From Pasteurella multocida (lineage in GTDB: Bacteria; Pseudomonadota; Gammaproteobacteria; Enterobacterales; Pasteurellaceae): a DNA stretch of 32,000 nt. Positions 17,107-26,506 of this stretch are shown piece after piece. Both the position numbers and the translations under genes were made by a program. Under the pieces are notes generated by a model. The model had not been told where the DNA came from. It was given only the letters and a program-made list of their open reading frames with translations, and ran no database searches. The DNA is taken from the NCBI RefSeq assembly GCF_900187275.1, contig NZ_LT906458.1, positions 1,620,001 to 1,652,000 on the forward strand, given 5' to 3'. How positions within the stretch are numbered: the stretch's first letter is position 1; the number at the start of each line of letters is the position of its first letter.

Positions 17107-17274
17107 CGTCAAAATCACCTAAAAAAATAGGACCAAAACAGGTAAAAATAGGACCAAAATCACTAAAAATAGGACCAAAACAACTAAAAATAGGACCAGA
17201 TTTTATTTATTTTTTATATAACTCATTGTTTTTTATCTATATATTATTTTCTGGTCCTATTGGTCCTATAAAAA
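17107..17274. repeat. TAGGACCA cluster B, 21-bp iteron array
   Basis: TAGGACCA at 17128, 17149, 17170 and 17191 (exact 21-bp period), inverted TGGTCCTA at 17252 and 17261, AT-rich segment between. Confidence 0.85.
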
Positions 17275-17357
17275 ATTTATACTCCTATTAAGAAAAGTTT
17301 TTTATGGTGTTGGTGGAAATAAAAAGGCTAAACAAATTAGCCTTTGAAAGAATAGTA

Positions 17358-18641
17358 TTAAGCCACAACCTTAAGATGTTTTGGTGGTGGAATAATTGGC
17401 TCTGGTGCTTGGCTTTCTACATAGTCCGCCCATTCTTGTAACATCACCGCCCTTTGTGAGAGATATAAAGATTTATCATAGGTTCTGCGGATCTGGTTTT
17501 TATCTTTATTTTGCTTGTGTGATAAGGCTCTTTCTATCCAGTCGGCTTTGTAGTCTTTCTCGTTTAATGACGTGCTGAATAAATGGCGTATGCCGTGCGT
17601 AGTGAGGCGATTTTCCCCTATACCCTTGATAATGGCTTTACGCATTGCCTCAATGCTTAAATGACCGCTTTTCACTGTTAAACTGGCAAATACAAATTCA
17701 CTCTCAATGCCAAGTACGGTGTGTAATTGTTGCATTTTATTAAATATCCCAATTGCTTGGCGTGATAGTGTTACTACGTGTTCTCGCCCCTCAGGTAGAT
17801 TTTTATTGCCCTTTTGGACTCGGTAGATCCACGTTTTCTCTTTGTAATGAATATCCGCCCATTTCGCTTTGGCGATTTCAGACGGTCGCCCACCAGTCAA
17901 TACCACCAGCATCACCGCATAAAATGAAAACGGATTAAAACGGTTTTCATCTCTTGCTCGGTAAAAGCCGTGTAAGAACTCGCTTAATTCTTCAGGGGTA
18001 ATGGTATTCATTCCCTTAGAGACTGGCTTATCAAATTCCTTGCCTATTTCTGCCAGCGGATTATGTGCAATCAATCCCCTATGAAGTGCGAACCGCATCA
18101 CATTGTTAAGATTGCCAATAATCTTTTTAACGGTTTCTAACTTGCCCTCTTTCTCTAGTGGTTTAAGCGCATTAATGGCGATAAGTGGCGTGATTTCTGA
18201 TATTGGATAATTGGCAAAGTGTGGGAGTAAATGACGTTCAAATAAAGCCCACGTATCTTTGGCGGTACGTTCTGAAAAGTTAGCCTTTATCTTTCTATCT
18301 TCAAACCACGCTTTAGCCATCTTCTCAAAGGTACGGCTTAGCTTATCCGCTTGTGCTTGTTCTTGTTGCTTACGGTAAGTTTGCGGATCGATATTATTCG
18401 CCAGCAAGGCATTAAATTCATCGCGCTTGGCTCTGGCTTGTGATAGTGATAAATCAGGGTAAGTACCCAAGCTAATTGTAGTGCGTTTCTTAGTGTAAGG
18501 CTGGGCGTATCTAAAACGCCATAATTTCGCCCTTTTACGTGATACTTCTAAAAATAGCCCGTCACCATCATATAGTGGCTTGCTTGTCGCTTTTGCGTTT
18601 TTAATCTCGCTGTCTGTTAGTTTCTTCACTAATCTAGCCAT
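17358..18641 (-). CDS. Tyrosine recombinase/integrase, P4/CP4-57-like
   Basis: N-terminal arm-binding domain (KLTDSEIKNAKATSKPLYDGDGLFLEV..SLGTYPDLSLSQARAKRDE); catalytic TGGRPSEI, HGIRHLF and YDKSLY present. Confidence 0.95.
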   Translation of the reverse strand: MARLVKKLTDSEIKNAKATSKPLYDGDGLFLEVSRKRAKLWRFRYAQPYTKKRTTISLGTYPDLSLSQARAKRDEFNALLANNIDPQTYRKQQEQAQADKLSRTFEKMAKAWFEDRKIKANFSERTAKDTWALFERHLLPHFANYPISEITPLIAINALKPLEKEGKLETVKKIIGNLNNVMRFALHRGLIAHNPLAEIGKEFDKPVSKGMNTITPEELSEFLHGFYRARDENRFNPFSFYAVMLVVLTGGRPSEIAKAKWADIHYKEKTWIYRVQKGNKNLPEGREHVVTLSRQAIGIFNKMQQLHTVLGIESEFVFASLTVKSGHLSIEAMRKAIIKGIGENRLTTHGIRHLFSTSLNEKDYKADWIERALSHKQNKDKNQIRRTYDKSLYLSQRAVMLQEWADYVESQAPEPIIPPPKHLKVVA

Positions 18642-18689
18642 AAAAAAACTCCATGTAAAAAGAGTTATTTTTAGAAAGCCTACTCAAGA

Positions 18690-18861
18690 TAGTACTATTT
18701 TTTGAATGAGAGAATTATAGCACCAAACCCTTTCAAACCTTGTTATAAAAGGCTTTATGGAGCTTTTAGTACTATGATTTGAAAGTTTTATTTTCTCATT
18801 TTGGGAGTAAATAGTACTAAAATGGGTTCTTTCTAAAATTATAGTACTATTTATAGTACTA
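18690..18861. promoter_or_regulatory. TAGTACTA cluster upstream of the integrase (arm-type or regulatory sites)
   Basis: TAGTACTA at 18690, 18767, 18812, 18842 and 18854; two more beside the opposite att site at 6724 and 6736. Confidence 0.6.
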
Positions 18862-18983
18862 AAAACTCGGGTTAGAATGAATAACTTTGATTAATTTTGC
18901 ACTATGTAAAATGGGATAAATCTTGATTTTATTGGTTTTTATTGATTATTTTGGTGAGGTTTGATTAAGATTAATTTATGGAT

Positions 18984-19078
18984 TGGCGGAGGAGAATGGG
19001 AGTCGAACCCACCCGAGATTGCTGGCAACCTCAACAGGATTTGAAGTCCTGCCGCTTCACCGGAAACGACGCTCCTCC
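18984..19078 (-). tRNA. selC: tRNA-Sec (UCA), CCA encoded
   Basis: Minus strand GGAGGAGCGTCGTTTCCGGTGAAGCGGCAGGACTTCAAATCCTGTTGAGG...GGGTTCGACTCCCATTCTCCTCCGCCA; 95 nt, long acceptor and variable arm, next to selA. Confidence 0.97.
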
Positions 19079-19269
19079 GTGCTAGAAGTCGTGAGCACTT
19101 TAACGCAAATACACAAGGGATTCAAGTAGGTAAGTAAAACTCAGGTAAAATTGACCGCACTTTTTTAACCGCCTCACAAAATTGGGCTTTCTTTTTGATT
19201 GCATACTGAATTTTCAACGAAAAACGAGTATGATTAAATCAATTTTGTGCGCAATAAAAAGGAATCCGA

Positions 19270-20652
19270 ATGTTGCTCTACTCTTCTCTTCCTTCCATTG
19301 ATAAATTGTTAAAAACGCCTGAAGGCGCTAGATTAAGTCATGAATTTGGGCATACTGCGGTAGTGAATATTTGTCGTCAATTGATTGAACAAGGGCGTGA
19401 ATACATCAAGAATGAAAATAAACTGCTCCCCGTTTTTCAAGATATCAGCGATACGTTACGTGAAATTGAACACCAGTTACACGCACAAAGCCAAGTGAAA
19501 ATACAATCCGTCCATAATCTGACCGGTACTATTCTACACACCAATCTTGGGCGTGCCTTATGGTCAGATGCTGCACAACACGCCGCCTTGACCGCAATGT
19601 CGCACAATGTGGCATTAGAATACGATTTGGAGGAAGGCAAACGGAGTCATCGTGATCATTATATTAGCGATCTCTTGTGCCAATTAACGGGGGCGGAAGC
19701 CGCCTGTATCGTCAATAACAATGCTGCAGCGGTGTTACTTATGCTAGCGACCTTTGCACAAGGCAAAGAAGTGATTATTTCTCGTGGTGAATTAATTGAA
19801 ATTGGCGGTGCTTTTCGCATTCCAGATATTATGCAACAAGCCGGTTGCAAATTGGTGGAAGTCGGCACAACCAATCGTACACATTTAAGCGATTATCGTC
19901 ACGCGATTAACGAAAATACTGCCTTTTTAATGAAAGTGCACAGCAGTAATTATCAAATCTGTGGTTTCACAAAGTCAGTAACAGAAGCAGAACTGGTAAC
20001 GTTAGCCAAAGAATTTAATCTACCAGTGATGACTGATTTAGGCAGTGGCGCATTAGTCGATTTAGCACAATATGGATTGCCGAAGGAACCGACCGTGCAA
20101 GAAAAATGGGCACAGGGTGTAGATTTGATTTCATTTTCTAGCGATAAACTACTGGGCGGACCACAAGCAGGTATTATTGTGGGCAAAAAAGTCTGGATTG
20201 ATCGCTTACAAACGCATCCTATTAAGCGTGCACTGCGCTGCGATAAAGTCATTCTGGCAGGATTAGAAGCCACGTTGCGTTTATATTTGCAACCAGAGAA
20301 ATTAAGCCAACACTTAACCACACTGCGCCTGTTAACACAACCAGTAGAAGCATTACATGAACAAGCCAAACAGCTCCAATCCGTATTACTGACAAAGTTA
20401 ACCACAGATTACAGTGTAGCTATCACCAATAGTGTGGCACAAATTGGCAGTGGCTCACAGCCCATGGCAACCATTCCTTCTGTCGCAGTCACCATTTCCA
20501 CTGAAAAAGCAGGAAAACTGACCGCACTTTTACAACGTTTTAAAGCTCTTCCACAGCCGATCATTTGCCGAGTAGAGAAAGAAAAAATTTGGTTAGATTT
20601 ACGTGGTTTAGCGGATATAGATAGTCTCCTCAAGACAATCATGCAGCTATAA
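19270..20652 (+). CDS. selA: L-seryl-tRNA(Sec) selenium transferase
   Basis: 460 aa; [34 protein letters not shown]. Confidence 0.97.
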   Translation: MLLYSSLPSIDKLLKTPEGARLSHEFGHTAVVNICRQLIEQGREYIKNENKLLPVFQDISDTLREIEHQLHAQSQVKIQSVHNLTGTILHTNLGRALWSDAAQHAALTAMSHNVALEYDLEEGKRSHRDHYISDLLCQLTGAEAACIVNNNAAAVLLMLATFAQGKEVIISRGELIEIGGAFRIPDIMQQAGCKLVEVGTTNRTHLSDYRHAINENTAFLMKVHSSNYQICGFTKSVTEAELVTLAKEFNLPVMTDLGSGALVDLAQYGLPKEPTVQEKWAQGVDLISFSSDKLLGGPQAGIIVGKKVWIDRLQTHPIKRALRCDKVILAGLEATLRLYLQPEKLSQHLTTLRLLTQPVEALHEQAKQLQSVLLTKLTTDYSVAITNSVAQIGSGSQPMATIPSVAVTISTEKAGKLTALLQRFKALPQPIICRVEKEKIWLDLRGLADIDSLLKTIMQL

Positions 20653-20687
20653 AAAGCAAAAGGGGCATATGCCCCTTGCTTGGTGCG

Positions 20688-21626
20688 TTAACCAATACGT
20701 TGCAAAGCATCGTAAATCAAGCCCCAAAATTTCGCTTTATCCAGTTGCATTGCCACCTGTGTGTGACAATTTTCAGGAATCGGATAACGAAAATCTGCCA
20801 CCGTCATGCCCAATGTGTGAGTGCCTGTTAACTCAATATTGATGGGCACCACTTTCGTCGTACAAACCGTCGGATCAATCACATAAGCCACTGCGCAAGG
20901 ATCATGTACTGGCGGATAATCAAAATTTTGTGCTTGCTTATACATTTTGCGAAAAAACGCCAACAATTCGAGAACAAACTTAGCTGGTTTTGTTTGAATT
21001 TTTTCAATGTTTTTAATCACATCTTCTGTGGCTAAAGCTTGATGCGTCAGATCCAATCCCACCATAGTTAATAGCCATTTTTCATTGAACACAATATGTG
21101 CCGCCTCAGGATCGATCTTAATATTAAATTCCGCAACAGCACTCCAATTGCCTGTGTGATAGCCTCCCCCCATTAAGACAATTTCCTTCACGCGTTCCAC
21201 AATGCGAGGTTCTTTTCTCACCGCCATGGCAATATTCGTTAAACCACCGGTAGGCACCAACGTAATTGTTTTGGGCGGGTGGGTCATCACTAACTCAATA
21301 ATTAAATCGACGGCATGACGTGAATCTAAACTCAGTGTGGGTTCGGGCAAAACAGGTCCATCCATCCCCGATTCACCATGGATACTCGGTGCAACTTCTA
21401 CTTCTCGCACTAAAGGTCGCACACAACCTTTGGCAATAGGTACGTTAAGGATATTGGCTATTTCAGCTACTGCTAAAGCATTACGACTGACTTTTTCTAA
21501 CGTTTGATTACCCACCACAGTCGTGATTGCTAACAGATCAATTTCTGGATTGCCATGCGCTAACAGAATCGCAATGGCATCATCATGCCCTGGATCACAA
21601 TCTAGAATAATTTTTTTCATGTCCAT
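20688..21626 (-). CDS. Ribonucleoside hydrolase, RihA/IunH family
   Basis: IILDCDPGHDDAIAILLA, GLTNIAMAVRKEP, VHDPCAVAYVIDP. Confidence 0.92.
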   Translation of the reverse strand: MDMKKIILDCDPGHDDAIAILLAHGNPEIDLLAITTVVGNQTLEKVSRNALAVAEIANILNVPIAKGCVRPLVREVEVAPSIHGESGMDGPVLPEPTLSLDSRHAVDLIIELVMTHPPKTITLVPTGGLTNIAMAVRKEPRIVERVKEIVLMGGGYHTGNWSAVAEFNIKIDPEAAHIVFNEKWLLTMVGLDLTHQALATEDVIKNIEKIQTKPAKFVLELLAFFRKMYKQAQNFDYPPVHDPCAVAYVIDPTVCTTKVVPINIELTGTHTLGMTVADFRYPIPENCHTQVAMQLDKAKFWGLIYDALQRIG

Positions 21627-21840
21627 TCCTCTCCTACCTAGAATAACATCTTGTTTATCTTAATAATTTTCATTCAGCGTAGAGCTAATTGGGTTTGAGG
21701 ACAATCCTTTAAGCTCAAAACTGTGAATGAGATCACAACATAAGTGCCGCCTCATGAGGTGGCATAAGAGCGCAACAGAAAAAAGTTATTCATTTAAACG
21801 CTAAATGCTAAAATAAAAACAAAAGCATTGAGGATAAGAG

Positions 21841-23715
21841 ATGATTATTGTGACATCAGGCCATGTTGATCATGGTAAAACGGCTTTATTACAGGCTCTC
21901 ACTGGCACCCATACCGCACATTTACCCGAAGAAAAAAAGCGCGGTATGACCATTGACTTGGGTTATGCTTACTTGCCTTTAGAAAAAAACGGAAAAATCG
22001 ACCGCACTTTAGGCTTTATTGATGTGCCGGGGCATGAAAAGTTTCTCGTTAATATGCTCGCTGGCTTAGGTGGTATTCATTATGCGATGCTCATTGTGGC
22101 AGCAGATGAAGGTGTGCAAGCACAAACTCTAGAACACTTGGCAATTTTACGTTTATTGCAATTAGAGCACATTCTTATCGTTATCACCAAAGCAGATCGC
22201 GCAACATCACCGCAAATTGAACAACTTTCACAACAATTAAAAGCGAATCATCCCATTTTAGCCAATTCACCTGTTTTTATCACTTCGGCTAAAACCGAAC
22301 AAGGTATTGATGAATTACGTAACTATCTTGCTAAGTTACCTAATTTAGCGGATTCCAATAAACCCTTTCGTTATGCTATCGATCGCGTATTTAGCGTAAA
22401 AGGGGTAGGTACCGTCGTAACCGGCACTGCATTTAGTGGACGTGTACAAATCGATGATGAACTGTTGTTATCCAATGGTCAGACCGTACGTATTAAAAAT
22501 ATTCATAGCCAAAATCAACAAACCAATGTGGGTAACGCAGGGGAACGCTTAGCATTAAATCTGAATGTGGATTTAGATCGCATCACCATTGAGCGCGGAG
22601 ATTGGTTACTTTCTCAACAACCCTTGCCACCAACATCACGTATCACCGTGCTGCTCAATGCGGAAACTACCTTACAAGAAAGTCAGCCTATCCATCTCTA
22701 TCATGCCAGTGCGCGAACAACGGGTAAGCTAAATTTACTGCAACACAAAACCCTTTTGCCTGCACAACAAGGTTTAGCAGAAATCATTTTAGAAAAGCCA
22801 TTGTTCTTAGCTTATGCTGATAAACTCATTTTACGTAGTGGCGATGCCAAACATCTGGTCGCAGGTGCGAAAGTTATTGAGATTAATTCGCCCAAGCGCC
22901 ACAAGCGAACTGAACAACGGTTAGATTTCGTATATGCTTTACAGCAAGCCAAAACTACCACTGAACGCACCACACTTTATCTACAAAATAAAGCTGTTGA
23001 TGCTCAAACGTTGATGTGGACGGAGCAATTAAATGCAGAGCAGCTCGCTGAGATCGTCGCGACCAATCAGCAAGTGCGTTTTCAGGATTGGATCTTTAAC
23101 GCAGATTATCAACAACAACAAACCGAGAAATTATTGACCGCACTTGCGCAATATCACCAAAATCATAATGACCAACTGGGTATCAGTAAGGCTCGTTTAT
23201 ATCGGATTGCAACCCTGAACCAACCCGAAAAATTGATGTATCACTTCCTAGAAGCATGTTTGGCTAAGGGGCAATTACAACAGACACGCGGCTGGCTACA
23301 TTTACCTGAACACAAAATCCAATTTTCAGAGGACGAACAAGCACTATGGCAAGCGGTACTGGAACAATTTGAACAACAGCATGGGCACCCCCTTTGGGTG
23401 CGTGATCTCGCCAATGTGTTAGGGCAAGACGAAAGCGCAATGCGAAATTTTCTCTATAAAGCGGGGAAATTGGGTTACCTGACACCGATTGTCAAAGATC
23501 GTTTTTTCCTCACAGAAACGCTCTACGCTTATTCACGTTTAGTAAAACAATTCATTGCAGAGCACGGCGCGATTTCAGTCAATCAACTCCGTGATGAGCT
23601 TCAATTCGGACGTAAATTGGTTGTACAGCTGATTGAATATTTCGATCGTTGTGGTTTTTTGCGCCGCAAAGGAAATATTCACGTATTACGTGATAGTGAC
23701 GTATTTGATTTGTAA
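21841..23715 (+). CDS. selB: Selenocysteine-specific elongation factor
   Basis: GHVDHGKTALLQAL, DVPGHEKFLVNML, C-terminal winged-helix repeats. Confidence 0.97.
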   Translation: MIIVTSGHVDHGKTALLQALTGTHTAHLPEEKKRGMTIDLGYAYLPLEKNGKIDRTLGFIDVPGHEKFLVNMLAGLGGIHYAMLIVAADEGVQAQTLEHLAILRLLQLEHILIVITKADRATSPQIEQLSQQLKANHPILANSPVFITSAKTEQGIDELRNYLAKLPNLADSNKPFRYAIDRVFSVKGVGTVVTGTAFSGRVQIDDELLLSNGQTVRIKNIHSQNQQTNVGNAGERLALNLNVDLDRITIERGDWLLSQQPLPPTSRITVLLNAETTLQESQPIHLYHASARTTGKLNLLQHKTLLPAQQGLAEIILEKPLFLAYADKLILRSGDAKHLVAGAKVIEINSPKRHKRTEQRLDFVYALQQAKTTTERTTLYLQNKAVDAQTLMWTEQLNAEQLAEIVATNQQVRFQDWIFNADYQQQQTEKLLTALAQYHQNHNDQLGISKARLYRIATLNQPEKLMYHFLEACLAKGQLQQTRGWLHLPEHKIQFSEDEQALWQAVLEQFEQQHGHPLWVRDLANVLGQDESAMRNFLYKAGKLGYLTPIVKDRFFLTETLYAYSRLVKQFIAEHGAISVNQLRDELQFGRKLVVQLIEYFDRCGFLRRKGNIHVLRDSDVFDL

Positions 23716-23765
23716 AAACGGTGAGTGAAACGCTCACCGTTTATTAGCCATACTCAGCATAGTGC

Positions 23766-24326
23766 CTAAACCTTCCTTGATAAGGTAATTGCCCCCAGCA
23801 TACAACTTATCTTGCATTGACCACAGCCATGACAAGCTGGACTAACAACAAGTTGTTTATGTTGAATCGACAAAGCATGTTGTGGGCATTTTTGCTGACA
23901 CTCAGAACAAGATTGCCCTTGTGTAATTAAACATTTTTCGCTAAAGATTGGACGTAATTCCGTGTCCGCTGAAAATGCTCGATGTAAGGCGCCTGTAGTA
24001 CAAGCTTCGGCACATTTACCACAAAAATCACAGGCTGAAAAATCAATTTCTAGCACGGGTTTTCCTTCCACCAAGCGAAGCAAGCCATAAGGACAGGCAC
24101 CAATACAATCCGCACATCCATGACACACTTGAAGTAATAAGGCTTCTTTAGCCGCAAAGGGCGGTCGATTTTTTAAACGTTTTTCCTGTTTCGTGTTTCC
24201 CCCCAATAAGCCACGCAATAAACCACGACGTGAAATAGTATGGTGAGAAAGATAGGCTTCATAATAACGTTCATCTTTCTGACGATGCCGATGAGTTGAG
24301 TCATTATTGTGCATGCTTTGCCTCAT
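23766..24326 (-). CDS. napF: Ferredoxin-type protein NapF
   Basis: Repeated CxxCxxxCP clusters and RRGLLRGLLG. Confidence 0.85.
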   Translation of the reverse strand: MRQSMHNNDSTHRHRQKDERYYEAYLSHHTISRRGLLRGLLGGNTKQEKRLKNRPPFAAKEALLLQVCHGCADCIGACPYGLLRLVEGKPVLEIDFSACDFCGKCAEACTTGALHRAFSADTELRPIFSEKCLITQGQSCSECQQKCPQHALSIQHKQLVVSPACHGCGQCKISCMLGAITLSRKV

Positions 24327-24331
24327 GTGAT

Positions 24332-24982
24332 TTAACGATAAAGACGTACGCTGTTCACTTGAATATCAAGCTGTTGCTGCCATTGATTTAACGTCGCTTG
24401 CGTCAATAACGCAAGACCTCGATAAAATACTGACGTTTGTTGATTCGCTAAAAGTTGTAAATAACGTGTTGACCAAGTAAAGACATGCTCACTTAAAAAG
24501 ATAACCAATAATTCTGGGCGATTTTCCGCTAAATATGCAGACAGTAACAACATTAGCCCAATATGATCCTCTGGTTCATTTTGTGTGGTTACAAACTCAA
24601 CACGGTGTTGGCGTAAAAATTCGCGTAATTTCAGTAAAGAATCACCAAAAAGTACTGACTCGGGATCAAGATAAACCGATCCCCAAGGTGGAGCACTCAA
24701 GGCAGCGGGACCAATAAATAATTCTTGGTATGTTGTATCTAATGCTTCGCTTGCAAGACCTTGCTGAATAGCCTGCAAGATCGTTGCATCCACTTCATGC
24801 TGCCATTCATGTTGCCAATCAGGCTGACGGAAAAAATCCAAAATGGATTCAAGCTGTGCTTCAGTCGGTGCATAATAAAATAAAGCACCTAATAAACGCC
24901 CTGATAAGGAAACCCATTGACGTTGTGGCATATTCATAACATGAATCCCCAAAATTTTCATAAAATAGACCGCACTTAGCAC
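24332..24982 (-). CDS. dmsD: TorD/DmsD-family redox enzyme maturation chaperone
   Basis: YQELFIGPAALSAPPWGSVYLDPESVLFG; located in the dms cluster. Confidence 0.85.
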   Translation of the reverse strand: MLSAVYFMKILGIHVMNMPQRQWVSLSGRLLGALFYYAPTEAQLESILDFFRQPDWQHEWQHEVDATILQAIQQGLASEALDTTYQELFIGPAALSAPPWGSVYLDPESVLFGDSLLKLREFLRQHRVEFVTTQNEPEDHIGLMLLLSAYLAENRPELLVIFLSEHVFTWSTRYLQLLANQQTSVFYRGLALLTQATLNQWQQQLDIQVNSVRLYR

Positions 24983-25025
24983 TTGTGTTGTTCAGGGCAG
25001 CGCGAGCGCTACCCCGTTAGGTTTA

Positions 25026-25874
25026 CTATGCCCCGACAGCCATCCCAACCGTCATATGCAATCCATAAAATAACGTCCGCCCGATCATTTCAGCGGCGAA
25101 CACCAATAACACGGCACAAAGTTTACTCATCCATGAAGCCGGTTTATGGAGCACATAGAATAAACAGGCTATTGCCAAACCCAATAACACAAAACGTAAC
25201 GCACTTAAGGTGGCGAAATCTGGTACCAGTGCCGTCGCTTTTTGTGCTGACGTGACGACTGTGGATAACGCGAACCCTTGATAAATAATGACGATTGCGG
25301 CTACTAACGTTGTAATAGAAACAAGGGTTGGTACCCAAGAAACCACTTTAGCATCTGGTCGTTCACTATGTAATAAACCATAACCGAGGGTAAAACCTGC
25401 CAAAATAATGGTTAAATAAAAGCCCCAAGTAGTAAAACTGGTATGCCATGTTGGCACCGTTGAGATGTGATAAACCTTATTCATCATATACATAAAGATT
25501 AATCCCATCGCAGAGGCACATACCAATAAAAAGCGTCCAAATGCCTTTGGTAACTTGTCTAATATCGCAAATAACCAATATATGCCCGCAAGCGCAAAGA
25601 ACAACGTACCGGTGGCAATTTCGTTACTCAACATAGATTCACCTACTCGATTTAATGCGTTAAATGCACGCAATGGCGAGCCTAAATGCGTGATAGAGGC
25701 AATAAAACCTATACCGAGTAACGCTAATAATACAAACATCGCTTTGTGCACATAAACACGATAGTGTTTGTCTTCTGTCGTAAATAGAACAATAGCAAAG
25801 AGTAAAAAAGCCCCCACAACTGATTGTGCTAATACGGTGAAAATCACTAAAGGTAATTCGTGTAATCCGTTCAT
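25026..25874 (-). CDS. dmsC: Dimethyl sulfoxide reductase membrane anchor subunit
   Basis: Eight-TM-like protein, MNGLHELPLVIFTVLAQSVVGAFLLF, downstream of dmsB. Confidence 0.92.
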   Translation of the reverse strand: MNGLHELPLVIFTVLAQSVVGAFLLFAIVLFTTEDKHYRVYVHKAMFVLLALLGIGFIASITHLGSPLRAFNALNRVGESMLSNEIATGTLFFALAGIYWLFAILDKLPKAFGRFLLVCASAMGLIFMYMMNKVYHISTVPTWHTSFTTWGFYLTIILAGFTLGYGLLHSERPDAKVVSWVPTLVSITTLVAAIVIIYQGFALSTVVTSAQKATALVPDFATLSALRFVLLGLAIACLFYVLHKPASWMSKLCAVLLVFAAEMIGRTLFYGLHMTVGMAVGA

Positions 25875-25875
25875 C

Positions 25876-26499
25876 TTACACCTCCCTTGGATTCGCTAAA
25901 AAACCGGTTGTATCCCCCGTTGGACGCGCATTTTTATTGGTCTTAATCACCAAATTTGGCGCAGTATGTTCTGGCGAGGGTAATGGCGCAATCGCCGCTA
26001 AATCACCATAGGTTTTGCGTAGCTCATCAATGGGCGCGAAATCTAGAGCCCGTAATGGACACGCATCAACACAAATCGGTTTTTTCCCTTCCAATATACG
26101 TGAATGGCAGCCATCGCATTTAGTCATATGCCCTTTCATTGCATCATATTGTGGTGCATCATAAGGACAAGCCATATGACAATAACGACAACCAATACAG
26201 ATTGCTTCATTCACGATGACAAAGCCATCTTCTGTTTTATGCATTGCACCCGTTGGACAAACTGACACACAAGCAGGATTGTCGCAGTGATTACAGGAAA
26301 TCGATAAATAATAAGCAAAAACATTATGTTGCCAACATCCATTTGCTTGCTGTTGCCAGTCACCACCTGCATATTCATAAATGCGACGAAAATTCACGTT
26401 GGTATCGAGGTCTTTATAGTCTTTGCAGGCTAATTCACAAGTCTTACAGCCGGTGCAACGATCTGAGTCAAAATAAAAGCCATACTGAACACTCATCAT
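25876..26499 (-). CDS. dmsB: Dimethyl sulfoxide reductase iron-sulfur subunit
   Basis: Four 4Fe-4S clusters (CTGCKTCELACKD, CNHCDNPACVSVCP, CIGCRYCHMACPYDAP, CDGCHSR). Confidence 0.95.
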   Translation of the reverse strand: MMSVQYGFYFDSDRCTGCKTCELACKDYKDLDTNVNFRRIYEYAGGDWQQQANGCWQHNVFAYYLSISCNHCDNPACVSVCPTGAMHKTEDGFVIVNEAICIGCRYCHMACPYDAPQYDAMKGHMTKCDGCHSRILEGKKPICVDACPLRALDFAPIDELRKTYGDLAAIAPLPSPEHTAPNLVIKTNKNARPTGDTTGFLANPREV

Positions 26500-26506
26500 T
26501 TACTCC

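Larger units (their letters stand above)
6640..18984. mobile_element. P4-like satellite / PICI-like integrated element in the selC 3' end (island 2)
   Basis: Tyrosine integrase adjacent to selC, AlpA-like regulator, Rha-like protein, DUF927 protein, Icd/Ash-like ORFs, Abi_2 cargo. Att-like repeats at 6631 and 18967. No capsid, tail or terminase ORF visible. Confidence 0.8.

Noticed and set aside
17128-17198. Short regularly spaced repeats considered as a CRISPR array
   Set aside because: Unit is 21 bp with only about 5 variable positions, no spacers of CRISPR length and no cas genes; iterons fit better.
19437-20642. Minus-strand ORFs antisense to selA
   Set aside because: Shadow ORFs of a clearly conserved gene; the same applies to antisense ORFs over rseA, mdtD, dmsA, dmsC, mgtC and ptsG.
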